In this document: positions 1 to 13,701 of the stretch, in pieces
Layout: each line of letters opens with the position of its first letter
Position numbering within the stretch: position 1 is the first letter of the stretch
Assembly: GCA_000442015.1 (NCBI GenBank)
Contig: KE561216.1
Span: forward strand, 1 to 63,870
Length of the DNA: 63,870 bases
Reading direction: 5' to 3'
Origin: Rozella allomycis CSF55
Taxonomy: Eukaryota
Notes under the pieces: generated by a model
Seen by the model: only the letters and a program-made list of their open reading frames with translations
Databases searched by the model: none
Told to the model about the DNA's origin: nothing
Translations under genes and position numbers: made by a program

Positions 1-556
1 CTCGAGTCGTTGTGTGAAGCATACATTTCACAGATCCAATGTTCGCTCACAGGGAATCCAAGCCTTGATCAAGATACATTATATCTATGCCAATGCCTTG
101 CAGCGATGGTTCAATTGCGAAGAAAGCTGATCCAGCACGTTTACGAATGTCAGACGTCGTTTGATGCTGATGTCAGTTGTTACAAGGCGATTTTGTCAGA
201 TAATGTTAGACAGATGCGCAAAGAAAAGGATTTGGATTATGAATTTGTGGATGAAACCTCGGAGCGTTGGGAAAGACCAGCAAAGAGACAGCCAAAGAAA
301 AAGAGAAGCAACTTTCAGCCAGAAATTACTGAGGTTTTGTGGGAATGGATTGATAAACACGCTGACTATCCTTTTCCTACTGCAGAGGAAAAGAAATTGT
401 TGTGTAAAAAGACTGGATTAGTAAAATGTTGCGTGTGATCTAAAATAGACTTTGGTCCAATTAAACAATTGGATGATAAATGCCAGAAGAAGAAAGCTAA
501 ATGGCAAATTTAAAAGATATGATCCTCTTCATCATATGAAAGACGATAAGGAATAG
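1..556 (+). CDS. TALE-class homeodomain transcription factor (5' end outside window)
   Basis: ORF 10-420 plus intron 421-448 (GT..AG) gives ...HADYPFPTAEEKKLLCKKTGLTLVQLNNWMINARRR, a TALE loop plus helix-3 WxxNARRR; stop TAG 554-556. Confidence 0.85.
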
Positions 557-613
557 TGATCAATAAATTGCAGAGAATTTTGATAATTTAAATGATGAAT
601 ATGATATGGTGGT

Positions 614-2071
<1,458 letters not shown>

Positions 2072-2259
2072 TACGTCAGTTGCGGGGTTGTAAAGTTTAA
2101 ATGTCGTTTAGGAAATTTGTGCAAAACAAATTCACGACTGAATAAATGAATAATTGAATTAATGAGTCAATGATTGAATTCTTACTCTGAGGGAAAAGGC
2201 TGCCAAAAATTATAATTGCATTCGGTTAGTACTTTTGATTTCCTAATTGATAAAATTCC

Positions 2260-4103
2260 ATGTTTAGGATTGCCACGAAGCAAAAGAAATTATTTAATCT
2301 TAAAGGTCTATTTCACTGCAATTATTCGCAGAGCCTTGAAAAAATTGCAAAACTTGACAATGAGAGACTGCAATTGGAAAAGGAAATGAGACAATTTGAA
2401 GAAGAAGTTAAACAATCAACAACTGAAATTACAAATGAATTAATTCTAGAAGACATCAATGAAGAAGACGATGATTCAAATCCACGTAGAAAATTGTCGC
2501 CTGAATATGAAATGGCAAAAGTACGGCCTAGACAGGCCGTTCTTCCGCCTATTCTCGAAGACAATATCAAAAAACTACTATACAGTAATTAAATAACAAT
2601 CGAATATAATTAAAAGAATATCCGCAGGCTCATCTCAAGAATGACGTCCACAAATTCCGCGAAGCGATCCGATCCCCAATGGCTCAAGAAACAGTCTACA
2701 CGAAAAGAGTGAAAGACGAATATCGAAAGAAGCTGTGGAATGGAATAAACTTTGAGCGCGATGAACATGCGCTTGATAAATTGGAGCAAATGAAGAGGGA
2801 AGAAGCGATAGACAAGGCTGGACAAAGGAGTGTGCCTATAGTTATTGAATATGGAGCGAAAGAGTCTATGATTTATTGCGCGTGGCAGCTTCCATTTACA
2901 TTTGGACCGATATTGCGTGTGTTGAATGAAATTAAATCTAGGAACCCTGATTATGTTCCAAAGTCTATTTTGGATGTTGGGACTGGACCTGGAACGTGTT
3001 TGTGGTAATCGAGAAATAAATTTATAACCAGGGCTGCTAATGAGGTTTGGGGTGATGTCAAGGAAATGATTGGAATGGATACCTCAAGCGACATGATAGC
3101 AATGGCAGAGAATTTAAATACAGGTAATTAAAATAATTGGGTTTGAGAGATAAAAATGGTGACAAAATATTAAAGAACGCAAAGTTTCAAATGCACATGT
3201 CGTATTTAAACGTTGTAAGAATTTCAATAGGGAAACAATAAAGGAACCGCGTCACGATGTTGTTATTTCAAGTTTTGTATTATTGGAAATTCCAGAAGAG
3301 AAAACCAGATTGGAATTTTATGATAGATTGTGGAACCAAACGAGTGATTTTCTAGTTTTGATTGAGCGTGGATCACCGCAAGGGTTTAAGTATATTGCAG
3401 AGGCGAGAAAATATCTTTTAGAAAGGGAAAATGGACCAATGCAGGGACTTTACACTTCAATGGATGAAAATGGAGAAGAAAGTATTTATAAAATTGTTCC
3501 TCAACTTAAAGGAGAAAGAGCCCATGTTTTCGCTCCTGTAATTGTTATTTTTTTGATTGATAAAGTGCCCTCATGATGGAATTTGTCCAATACTAAAATT
3601 GAAGAATCATTGCCATTTTCAAGTCGATTCGCGATTAACAAAATTTCAAGTAAAAGTTTGAATTAAAAATGAAAGCAAAATATTTCAAATTACAAAGAAA
3701 ATAAAGTCCCACAAAAGTTTTCATACGTTGTATTGAGAAAGAAGCCACGTCCAGATAACGAACACAACGCAGATCTCACCTTTCCAGGTATGCAGATTAA
3801 AATAGGTTTTGAATAGAAAATTTGGCAAATAAAAGTGCGCATTGGCCTAGAATCACAAGAGAAACAATGAAGAGGGGCGGGCATGTGATTGTTGATGTTT
3901 GTGATAACGATGCAACGATGAAAAGATTGCTTTGTACAAAGACCCAGGGAACGAGTGTTTTCAAGGAATCAAGGAAGAGCAGATGGGGTGATCTATGGCC
4001 CCATGAATCAAAATCAAAGCCACGTGAGATTACAGATTGGGATAGAGGAAATAACAATCTCACAAAATACATTAATCTATTCCTAGGAAAGCCTCAAGAA
4101 TAA
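2260..4103 (+). CDS. RSM22: Mitochondrial small ribosomal subunit assembly methyltransferase-like protein Rsm22/METTL17
   Basis: ILDVGTGPGT, LVLIERGSPQGF, HVFAPCPHDGICP, KRGGHVIVDVC, RKSRWGDLWP across short introns. Confidence 0.9.
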
Positions 4104-4181
4104 TTCATTTGTATAAATTAATTTTCATTTCATAGTTCTAACTTTATGATTTAAATTATCAATTCATATCTATTGCCTCTA

Positions 4182-4414
4182 TTAATCTTCACGTTCTAAA
4201 ATTTCCCTCTGCCTTTCTCTCAAACCACTTTTAGCTTCTTCCTGCTGTCTCTCTCTTTCCTTCTTTTCCAATATCTTTTGCTTCACCACCTATCACCCAA
4301 TTGCAACCAAAATACCTTTTCATTCTCTCGCTTATAAGTGTTAACAAAATACACAACCGATACAGTAAACACTGTAGAACTTATAATAGCAGTATACCCT
4401 TTCCATGTTGCCAT
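4182..4414 (-). CDS. Small single-TM protein, PET117-like cytochrome c oxidase assembly factor
   Basis: MATWKGYTAIISSTVFTVSVVYFVNTYKRENEK + one short intron + charged coiled-coil tail VVKQKILEKKERERQQEE...; size and layout resemble PET117. Confidence 0.5.
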
Positions 4415-4431
4415 ACCTGCAACCCCTGTAA

Positions 4432-5664
4432 ATGTTTGTACTGCGCAATATGCAGCGAGTGCGTCCATGGACCCGAGTATTTTCATTCGCTAAATCGTAT
4501 TCCACTACTGCAAAACTGCCAGTGCCTAGTAGAGTGCCGTTAAGCGATGAAGAGATTCAATCGCTTCAAATGAGTTTAAAGACACATAATCTGAAGCCTG
4601 AAGAGCTGATCAAGGGAGAAGTTGATGTGGTCGATTACCATGAAGCTAAATATTTGGTGGTGGGTGTTGATTATGATGAAGCTGATGAAAAGTTTGATCC
4701 TGCCAAGGTTAGTTTGGAAGAGGCTATGGAAAATATTAAAAAGTAATTAATCGTTGTGGATTTGAATAGGTAATTGAACATTAGTAGATTTGAATAGGTA
4801 ATTGAACATTAGTAGATTTGAATAGGTAATTAATAGCAGTCCTTTTGAATAGGTATGATAATGTTGGAAAGAAATTGTTGTATAATGAAGCAGCTTATCA
4901 TAAATTTTTGGGTGATTTCACTCAAGAATTGATGAGCAGGGGTTATCCAGGTTCAGGGTTAGTTGGTCCGATTGATGAGCATTCAGGTCTTTTCAAGAGT
5001 AATTAAAATAAAAGAGATATAAAAAGAACAAGTGTATGAAAAATTTGCCGAGGCGAAGATTGAATGGTTTAAAGGGGATACAACGTTGCAAAAGACGAAT
5101 AGAATGTTTACATGGTTTGGATTTTTTTCGTATCTTTTAGCAAATCAATATTTTCCTGTTCATGATCAATTGTTGGAACTTTCAGCTTTATTCTTTGCGA
5201 TGAGATTTATGAAGAAATTCTTCTTTGGTGATCAAGTCGTTGCGTCAATCAACACACACAGCAATGAAAGAGAAACGTTTATGAATCCTTTAACGAAACA
5301 GTTTGCTGAAATGGGAAAGAATGCGAATAAATTTAAAACTTTTGCATTGTTTGGAAAGATGAATGAAGATTTGTTTTCAATGATTAAAGAGAATTTGAAA
5401 GAGGAAGGGAAATTGATGGAATTGAAAGAGAAAAATGTTAAATTGACGGAAATTAAATCTCAGCTGGATAGAAGAGCCCGCCAAGATGTTGAAAAGAAGA
5501 GACAAGAAAGAATTGAAATTCTTCAAACTCTTCATGCAAGGGTTTTGGAAAGAATTAAAGATGAATCTTTTGTAAATTTCATAAACTTTAATTAATTTTA
5601 GCAAGAAAAGTTTTTAAGTCAATGTTTATCTGATCTCAAAAATTTGGCTACAAAAGCTAAATAA
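4432..5664 (+). CDS. ATP4: Mitochondrial ATP synthase subunit b (Atp4/ATP5PB), 354 aa as modelled
   Basis: Presequence-like N-terminus; exons 4432-4742, 4853-4998, 5027-5571, 5602-5664; C-terminus EIKSQLDRRARQDVEKKRQER...VLERIKDESFQEKFLSQCLSDLKNL resembles subunit b. Confidence 0.7.
4743..4852 (+). repeat. Intron made of four abutting GT..AG units (27, 28, 28, 27 nt)
   Basis: GTAATTAATCGTTGTGGATTTGAATAG|GTAATTGAACATTAGTAGATTTGAATAG x2|GTAATTAATAGCAGTCCTTTTGAATAG. Confidence 0.9.
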
Positions 5665-5713
5665 AAATTACCCCATCCCCTGGACAAATCGCTTTTATTT
5701 TTATTTTTCAAAA

Positions 5714-6382
5714 CTAAGCCCCAAATTTAGATCTTTTTTCAATTTTAAACAAAACTTCATCTAGAAATTGATCTAATCTAATACAGCCTAAACAACCATT
5801 CTTCAAAATGCCTTTAGATTTAATTTCTCTCACACCATCACATCTCACTTTGCCTGGACAAATATAAGTTAACGTCCATTCTATCGACAGTCCTTCTTCA
5901 CATTCAAAAGATTGTTTTGGTCTCCATCTCCTCAAATGTTCTGGAATGCATTTCCCTTCAACAATCTCTTCAAACGCCACTTTTCTTTCTTCATCATCTA
6001 GTCTTGTCAATATAGCCACAAACAACTCACTATCTGTGCTATTTAAATATGTATCAATGTCTTTATAATTATGTATCAGTGTCAAATCAGCATCTCCTAT
6101 CGATTCCACAACTGGTATTCCCAGTTGTACAGCAGTCTCATTCCATTCTCCATCCTGATCAACAATTTCAATCTTTATCCCCTTCCAAATAAACAATACA
6201 ACTTCATCTTACCTCTTCTCCTCCCACTCACAATCCCCATTCCTAGTCCCATCCTTCAATCCAAATATGCCAAACAGAGCCTTCCCCAAATGCTGCTCCC
6301 TCACCGCCAAATGTCCACTCGCACAATTCCCCACCAAATACTTGCTCTCTCTCCTCTCCTGCATAAAAACACATCCCCGCAT
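5714..6382 (-). CDS. Uncharacterised conserved protein ending ...FLDEVLFKIEKRSKFGA
   Basis: ATG 6382 (MRGCVFMQ...), one short intron joins it to ORF 5714-6196; the C-terminus recalls a plant/basal-fungal DUF ending in KYGA (from memory, unverified). Confidence 0.55.
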
Positions 6383-6405
6383 CAAAAAACTGTCTCAGCC
6401 ACTTT

Positions 6406-7518
6406 ATGACCGTCGGCACGAAGCAGTACGACGAGCGGCTCAGGCAAGTTATAGAGCTATGTTTCAAAAAGCTTGACGAGCTGTCTACTGGCGCATCTGA
6501 TCGCATGGTTCATTTCGACCGGTTCAGTGAAACAAAGTTCAAGACGGATTTAGGTAATGCGGGTGCGGTTGGTTGATGTAGAATATTTTTCAAAGACGCT
6601 GCTCGATAAGGCGGCAAAGTTTGCGCTGGTGGGGAGACTGCCGAATCCGGCTGTGTCTGAGGCGCTTGGGCTGTTGGAAACTTTGGAGCTGTTTGTAAGG
6701 ACTTTGACTGTAAGGAGGTTATGATTGTTTTGAATAGATTTTGGTGTTGACGATACCAGAGTCGAGGGGTAAATTGTTTAGAGATGATGTGAAGAGTGTG
6801 TGCACTGATCTGATTAAAGGTGAGAATTTTTGTTGGCGTTGATAGGAATCGCTTCGTTGATTAATCCGTCATTAGAAGAACCTTTGGATACGCAGATGCA
6901 TCCGGAACATCTGTTTGCTAATCATAATGCTATTTTTGATGTTTGTGAGAGAATGAAGAATCTAAGCTACAATAATTCAATGGCTATACAGAAACGATGG
7001 GACGATAGTATGGAGTTGCTGCAGGATGTAATTAATGAGATGGAGGAGCTGCAGAACGATGATGGAATGTTCGATTTCGATGATTCTGCCTTTGAAAAGG
7101 AAGGTAAATATTCATTTAAAATATAAAAGGTTCCCCATTGACGGATGATGACAAGGCGATGGTTAAAAGATGTTTAGCGATTGTTAAATTGACTAAAATT
7201 TTGTTCAAGAAATTGCTTGTTAGATGCATTAAAGATTGTCAGCCAAACACTGAAGAAAAAGTATCATGGCTTGATCAGTTGTATGAAACGTCTAAAAAGG
7301 TTCTTGAAAAAGTTGATGATTTGGGTGTTTCGCTGCATGAGACTTGCAATATTCAAATAATTTGTTTGCATGCAGCTGAACTGACGGATGTTTGTGCGAA
7401 AATTATTGATGTTGCTAAACTTTTAACTTCAGAAGAGCATTTGTCTTGGTTTGAGAAATGTGGCGATCAATATCATAGAGTTTTAGTCTCCATTCTAGAA
7501 AGGAGTCCACAACGCTAA
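6406..7518 (+). CDS. Grap2/cyclin-D-interacting (GCIP/CCNDBP1)-like helical protein
   Basis: Multi-exon; WDDSMELLQDVINEMEE and WLDQLYETSKKVLEKVDDLGVSL motifs. Confidence 0.6.
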
Positions 7519-7584
7519 TCGCTAACGCTAAATGCTTTAAAGATCTTTTTGCTAATGTAAACATAAAATACTTTATTAAAGTGA

Positions 7585-8843
7585 TTATTTTCTTTCTTTA
7601 GTTCCAATTTTCAATCTTTGAATGTGATTCATGATTCTCTTGTATCGATCAGGTTGCTATATAAAATATATTAAGAATATTATTACTTTATCCTTTAATT
7701 CATCTAGAGTAACTTTAGGTTTTGGTCGAATGACGTAATCATGAGCGGCTGGGGCTGGAATCCTAGTACCCTTGTAACTGGCGGGAATACTTTCTCTCAC
7801 ATTTGTTCTTTTAAAAGTATCCAAATTCTGTTCAGCCCTTGCTAAATCTCTGTAGTCCATGCTATGCCCGATAATTGGTCTGCTCCAAGTATCTTTTTAA
7901 CAATCAAGCAACCAATTACTCATTAGATTCAATGCCTGCTTTTTCAATTCGGCAGTTTCTCTTGGACACTTGTACATGAAATGGATAACCTTCCCTACTC
8001 CACTTTCCTTCAAATGATCCTTTTCAATAGGCAACTTTGCTAACACGCCAAGCAGAAACTTGCGAATGTCTAAACTAGGAAGAGAACCATCGTTCATTGG
8101 CTCCAACCACATTCTGATAGCCTCCAATATGCCATTGTCTAGAAAATGTTCGTATAAATCGCGTTTTCCTAATTCTTCTTCAACGAGACTCAACAATTTC
8201 AATTTCTCCAACGCAGGTTTCTTTTCTTGATTCAATTCGACATCTTTTATAGCAGCCATTTTCATCTTTTCTCTCAAAACTACAATCGCCTCATCGAGTC
8301 GCTTTNTGAAATCTTTTCTTTTATTTTACCACATCATCGTATGTATCTTTTCGCCTCTTTTTCGTCTTTTTAATTGCGTTAACAGCACTCTCAAATATTT
8401 TACGGCCTTCAATAACCTTTTCAGGTAAAGCTACTTCTTCTTGCTCTGGCTCCTTTTCCTTTCTTTTGCGTTTGCTTTGATAAAAAGTTATTNGATTAAT
8501 TAACTATTACGTCTTTTCTTTGGTATTTTTCTTGGCACCTGTTTTGCGTTTTGTTCTCCTCCTTCCATATTCTTCATCATCTTGTTCTTCGTCCTGTTCG
8601 TACAATGGCTGCACAGGTTCTTCCTGATCCTCTAGAAATTATATTACATGGATTATATGTACTTAATAGTTCCATAACTTCATCGTTGGGAATCTGCGGA
8701 ATATCGTCGTCTTTTAAATCATCGTCCGAATCACCAAAAATGTCTTTTTCTAAATTTTTCTATTATATTTTTTTCTAAATATTGTACTGGTTTATCTATC
8801 GTTCATTCTTGACGGTTATTTTACCTTGTTCTTTGTCGGACAT
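7585..8843 (-). CDS. IWS1: Transcription elongation factor IWS1/Spn1
   Basis: KPALEKLKLL, FLDNGILEAIRMWLEPMNDGSLPSLDIR, LKESGVGKVI, WSRPI; acidic N-terminus DIFGDSDDD. Confidence 0.93.
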
Positions 8844-8856
8844 TTGGAAATTTCGT

Positions 8857-10548
8857 ATGTTCCAAACCCTAACTTCAAAGTCTCAGTTTATAGATCTAAT
8901 AAGACAATATGAAGTTGTAATATACGATAATGAATTTAGATTAATCGATTATTTGCTAAGCATAATCGTCACTGAGAAATGTCTCGTGCGATTTCAACCT
9001 TTTGAAGACGATTTAGAAATAGACGAATCGTCAAAAGCCATATTACTATGTTGTTCTATTAATGAAAATCATAAAAAATGGTTAGAAGCTACGGGAAACA
9101 TTTCAACAATTACACTCGTACCAAGTGGATTAAAAGAATCGCAAAGCTTTGTAATTGCAAGCTTAGAATTGGCATTAAAAGAATCAGTTGAAAGAATTTT
9201 TGATTTTCCAACAATTTTTCCCTTATTTAATGCTGAATATGATATGAGTATTATTCAATTTCTTTCGTTCTATCTTTCAAGCAACTATGAATCCATCAAC
9301 ACGTATACAATTGGTAGTGGATCTAGCAATTTTGTTAATAAATTACAGCTAAATAAATACACTACAAATAATGGGAAAAGGTGTTCATTGATAATTTTTG
9401 ACAAGGTAACACTCAATTAATGAATTCACTTCAGCGTTTAGATTTAGCGTCTTACGCGCAACATTCAGACAATTTGATTGATCATGTAAAGAATTTATCA
9501 TGTGATGATGCTACTAACCATTTTCTTAATTATTTTGTAGAGAAAGATTATTCCACCGTTGATCAAAAGGAAGGGCTATCATTACTGAGAAAAAATGTTT
9601 TGGAAGTGCTTTCAGAGAATCTTGAAGACTTTAAACCGCCAAAGGTAAAAAATTGGAAAGTTAAATATAGATTTTAGGCAAGGTTACCCTCGCTCAACTC
9701 ACGAAATTTGCAAATTGCATCCCGCCAGAATCTCCACTTTGGTTTACACAAGCCAGGGTCTTAGAATTGTTACGGATTGTAATTAAATGTTTAGAATCAA
9801 GGTAATTACTACATTTTCTTTCCATAATAGTGAGCAACAACATTGGACGACATTGCTTGGCTTTGAAAAGATTCTATTCGCAAGTTTGGCTGAAAATGCA
9901 GCAACATCCATTGAGCCAGTTTTGGATCAACTATTGAACTTTATTTCAATGTCAACGACAAAGACTTCGGGTTTACCATTTGAAAAACTTTTATGCTTGA
10001 TTGTTTACACGTATTATTTATCTCCCGCTCATTTCATTGATTCCAGTAGGTATAAAGAATGCGAAGAAAAAAGGGCGTTGAAACTTGAGGCGTGGCACTG
10101 CGTTTGCTATCCAGAAATGCAACCAGAAAACGCAAGACAAAAGATTCAAAATTTCTTCAAAAAATTAAGAGCTGGATGCCGCGAAAGATATTCTCAAAGT
10201 TCTGTGATTAAACCAATTGTAACCCCAGAATCAGGGACTCCGTTTTACAAATCATTCTTTACCAGTTTTATGGAAAAGTTGACAGATCAGACCTTGCCTG
10301 ACGTTCCAGGCGTTTATCAAAATGAATCAAGAATTCCTAATGTTCTTGGCTCTTATATAAGCAAAATTGTTAAACCGAATTCATCTGTGACGCATCCAAT
10401 GGCTGCAGATGCCGTTTATGTTGTAGTTTTGAGTGGATTGACTGCATGGGAATTAAAGCAGTCGCTTCCGTTTGTCAATGAAAAGATCAAGATAATCAAT
10501 TTAGGATACTGCACTCAAACTGATCTAATTCAGCAACTCTTAAACTAG
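8857..10548 (+). CDS. Sec1 family domain-containing protein 2 (SCFD2/MIP3-like)
   Basis: SLIIFDKRLDLASYAQHSDNLIDHV and C-terminal YVVVLSGLTAWELK resemble the divergent Sec1/Munc18 member SCFD2. Confidence 0.6.
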
Positions 10549-10672
10549 TCTTCTCATTTTTAAATAAATTATTACATTGAATAAATTGAAAATATTATAT
10601 GAATTGAAAACAATTGTTTCAAAAGGTCTTAATTTGAATTGACTGAACCCAAGCCACAGACAGCGCCTTGAG

Positions 10673-12082
10673 ATGACCAAATTATCGCCCGTTGTTATTG
10701 ATAATGGTACTGGGTAAAAATATTAATTTCAATTTACAGATACACCAAATTGGGTTTCGCTGGAAATTCTGATCCGCAATTTATTATCCCTTCAGCGATA
10801 GCAGTTAAAGAGACCGCAACGAGCATAAACCGCACAAGAAAAGGCATTGAAGATTTAGACTTTTACATTGGCGATGAAGCATTTGCGAACCAGAAAACGT
10901 ATTCGCTACAATACCCAGTGCGACATGGGCAAATTGAAAACTGGGATTTGATGGAGAGATATTGGGAAAAGTGTTTGTTCAAGTATTTGAGATGTGAGCC
11001 TGAAGACCATTATTTTTTGTTGGTATAATTTGTGTGGTTGCTGAATTAGACGGAACCACCATTGAATGCGCCAGAGAATAGAGAGTATACTGCAGAAATC
11101 ATGTTTGAAACGTTTAATGTGCCTGGATTGTATATTGCGGTGCAAGCAGTGTTGGCTCTGGCTGCATCTTGGACGTCGGGCAAAGTTGTGGAGCAAACAT
11201 TGACTGGGACTGTTATTGATTCAGGCGATGGAGTGACGCATATTATTCCTGTAGCGGATGGATATGTGATTGGCAGTGCAATTAAACATGTCCCGATCGC
11301 TGGACGAGACATTACGTATTTTGTGCAACAGATGCTGCGTGAAAGGGAGCCGACAATTCCGCCTGAAGATTCGCTTGAAGTTGCGAAAAGAATTAAAGAA
11401 ATGTACAGCTACGTCTGTCCTGATATTGTGAAGGAATTTAAAAAGTATGATCAAGAAGGAGAAAAGTATTTCAAGAAATATGAAGGGATTCATTCTGTAA
11501 CGAAAAAGGTAAAATTTGAATTGATGAAATAATTAGCCATTTTCAGTTGATGTTGGCTATGAAAGATTTCTTGGGCCTGAAATATTCTTTAACCCTGAAA
11601 TTGCTTCATCTGATTATCTAACGCCTCTTCCTGATATGGTTGATAGAGTTATTCAACAATGCCCAATTGATACACGCAGAGGACTTTACAGAGTAATTTT
11701 ATTATTATTTTGTAATTGAATATTGTTCTTTCAGGGGGATCTACAATGTACAAAGATTTTGGGAAAAGACTGCAAAGAGACGTCGGGAAAATTGTGGATT
11801 ATCGATTGCAAAAAAGCATGGAGATTAGTGGAGGGAAACTTCAAGTATTTTAAATTTTATTTCTTTAATAAAGTCGACACCAATTGATGTTAATGTTCTC
11901 AGTCACAAGAAACAACGCTACGCTGTTTGGTATGGTGGAAGTTTATTAGCTTCAATGGTAATTTTAATGTTCATTGAACACTAAAGGATCAATTTTATGG
12001 ATACTGTCACACTAAAGCAGATTATGAAGAATATGGACCAAGTATTTGCAGACATAATCGTGTATTTGGAACAATGAGTTGA
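10673..12082 (+). CDS. ARP3: Actin-related protein 3 (Arp2/3 complex)
   Basis: [76 protein letters not shown]. Confidence 0.97.
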
Positions 12083-12187
12083 AATAAATCAATTTATACT
12101 TTTTTATCGTTTTAAATATATATTTTAATTAAATATCTAATAGTATATGTCCAACTTTGATCAAAACCTCAAAACATTTATTAAATA

Positions 12188-12991
12188 TCAAAATTGACTT
12201 TGTGATTCCGTATAAAAGTTTAAATCTTCTTCTGAAAATCCCACAGTCTCTAAAATAGTTCGCAATGATGGACGATCCCCAGCAAACTCTTCACGATGAA
12301 TCATCCAGAAATCAGTTCCATTTGGATTCACAATCGCAACCCCACCAAGTTGACTGAAATTATATCCCAATTTAACTACTTACAAAAAATTTCCTTGATA
12401 ATTCTTAGTTAGAGATGCACCCGCGGCAAGTGCAAGCTAACGTGAGCAAGGATTAATAAACTTACCATTGCCTGATATCCCTTTGAGTTTAACAATCCAA
12501 ATCCATTAGAAAGTTCTATTAAATAATCAAAAATACTTCTACTCAATCTTCTAAAATTCATAATATCAAAAAATGCAGCATTGTCAGTTGCATCAATCAT
12601 CACATCACCCGCAAAATATTTATCACTTATGAATTCTTCGTATCCTAATTCTTCGACTCCGATCGCTATTAATTTAATATTTCGTTTTTCTAGTGTCTCT
12701 TTCAGCGATGACAATTCCAACGCCGTCAGTCTACGGAACCCTCACTTGCATCATTTACCTGCAAATCCCACAACCGAATCGTCTGAGAAATGTAAGGATA
12801 ACGGCACCCGAGCCGGGAACAGACCCTTTACCTATCCGTGCCTGCTCCTCCACAGTCGGATGCGGAAGAATATCATCAACTGTAATAACGGTTTTTACAG
12901 GCGGCTCCTTTGAATTAGGTCCAAGTTCAATTTTAATCAATTTATAGCGCCTGATCTTTTCTAGCAGGTTTTGCTGCCCAAGGTCTTTCAT
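12188..12991 (-). CDS. Peroxiredoxin-like 2 / prostamide-prostaglandin F synthase-like (AhpC-TSA_2)
   Basis: FLRRFGCGICR (CxxC), LIAIGVEELGYEEF, QLGG, HREEFAGD. Confidence 0.85.
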
Positions 12992-13075
12992 CCGAAGGAC
13001 CGAAATTTCGTTAGATAGTAGAACTAGAAAGAACAAGAGATCTAGAATGATGTGAAAATTTATTCAAAAGGATTC

Positions 13076-13614
13076 AGTGAAAATCAATTTTTGACAATGC
13101 GTTGAAGCTATTCTTATTTGAATTGATGAGTGTTACGCCTCGTCGAGGAATGTTTCTAGAGTTATCATGTTTTCTTTGAATCCTTTGGGTGTCATTGATG
13201 CATTAGTGGCGCCTAAATTCTTTAGAGCTAGATTTAAAGCTACAAATTCCTTACCTTGCTCATATTGCTCAAAGGAAATGTATCCTTTTCTTGTAACATC
13301 TAATGTTTTAAATAATGCTGCTATATCATCTCTGTTAAAAACTAGAATGGGAGGCTAATTAAATAAATGTCATTTTCATACTTGACCTACCCGCAATTCT
13401 TTGAATTGTTCGTATAGCTTTAATTGTTCTATGAGAAACGCTTTAGGGTTCTCTTTTTATTTATAACACAATATAGNTATTTATAATACAGTATAGCAAT
13501 ACCAGGACGATAATACAAAAGCGACGACATCATTCTCTCAAACAATATCGGCACATTGTGTTTTTCAAAGTATTCTTCAACCTGTTTCTTATTTTCCAAA
13601 TCATCAGACAACAT
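13076..13614 (-). CDS. EFCAB10-like protein (RIIa/Dpy-30-type docking domain + EF-hand)
   Basis: EEYFEKHNVPILFERMMSSLLYYRPENPKAFLIEQL then LFKTLDVTRKGYISFEQY; 3' end approximate. Confidence 0.7.
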
Positions 13615-13701
13615 TGGCAATGTTTTTGTTTTCTTTCCAATTACATATTGATGTAACCCTTGCAATATTTAAAATNATAGGTAACCCTTGCAGTATTTAA
13701 A

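Noticed and set aside
4743..4852. CRISPR-like appearance of short repeats
   Set aside because: No unique spacers, eukaryotic context, and the units are GT..AG intron copies.
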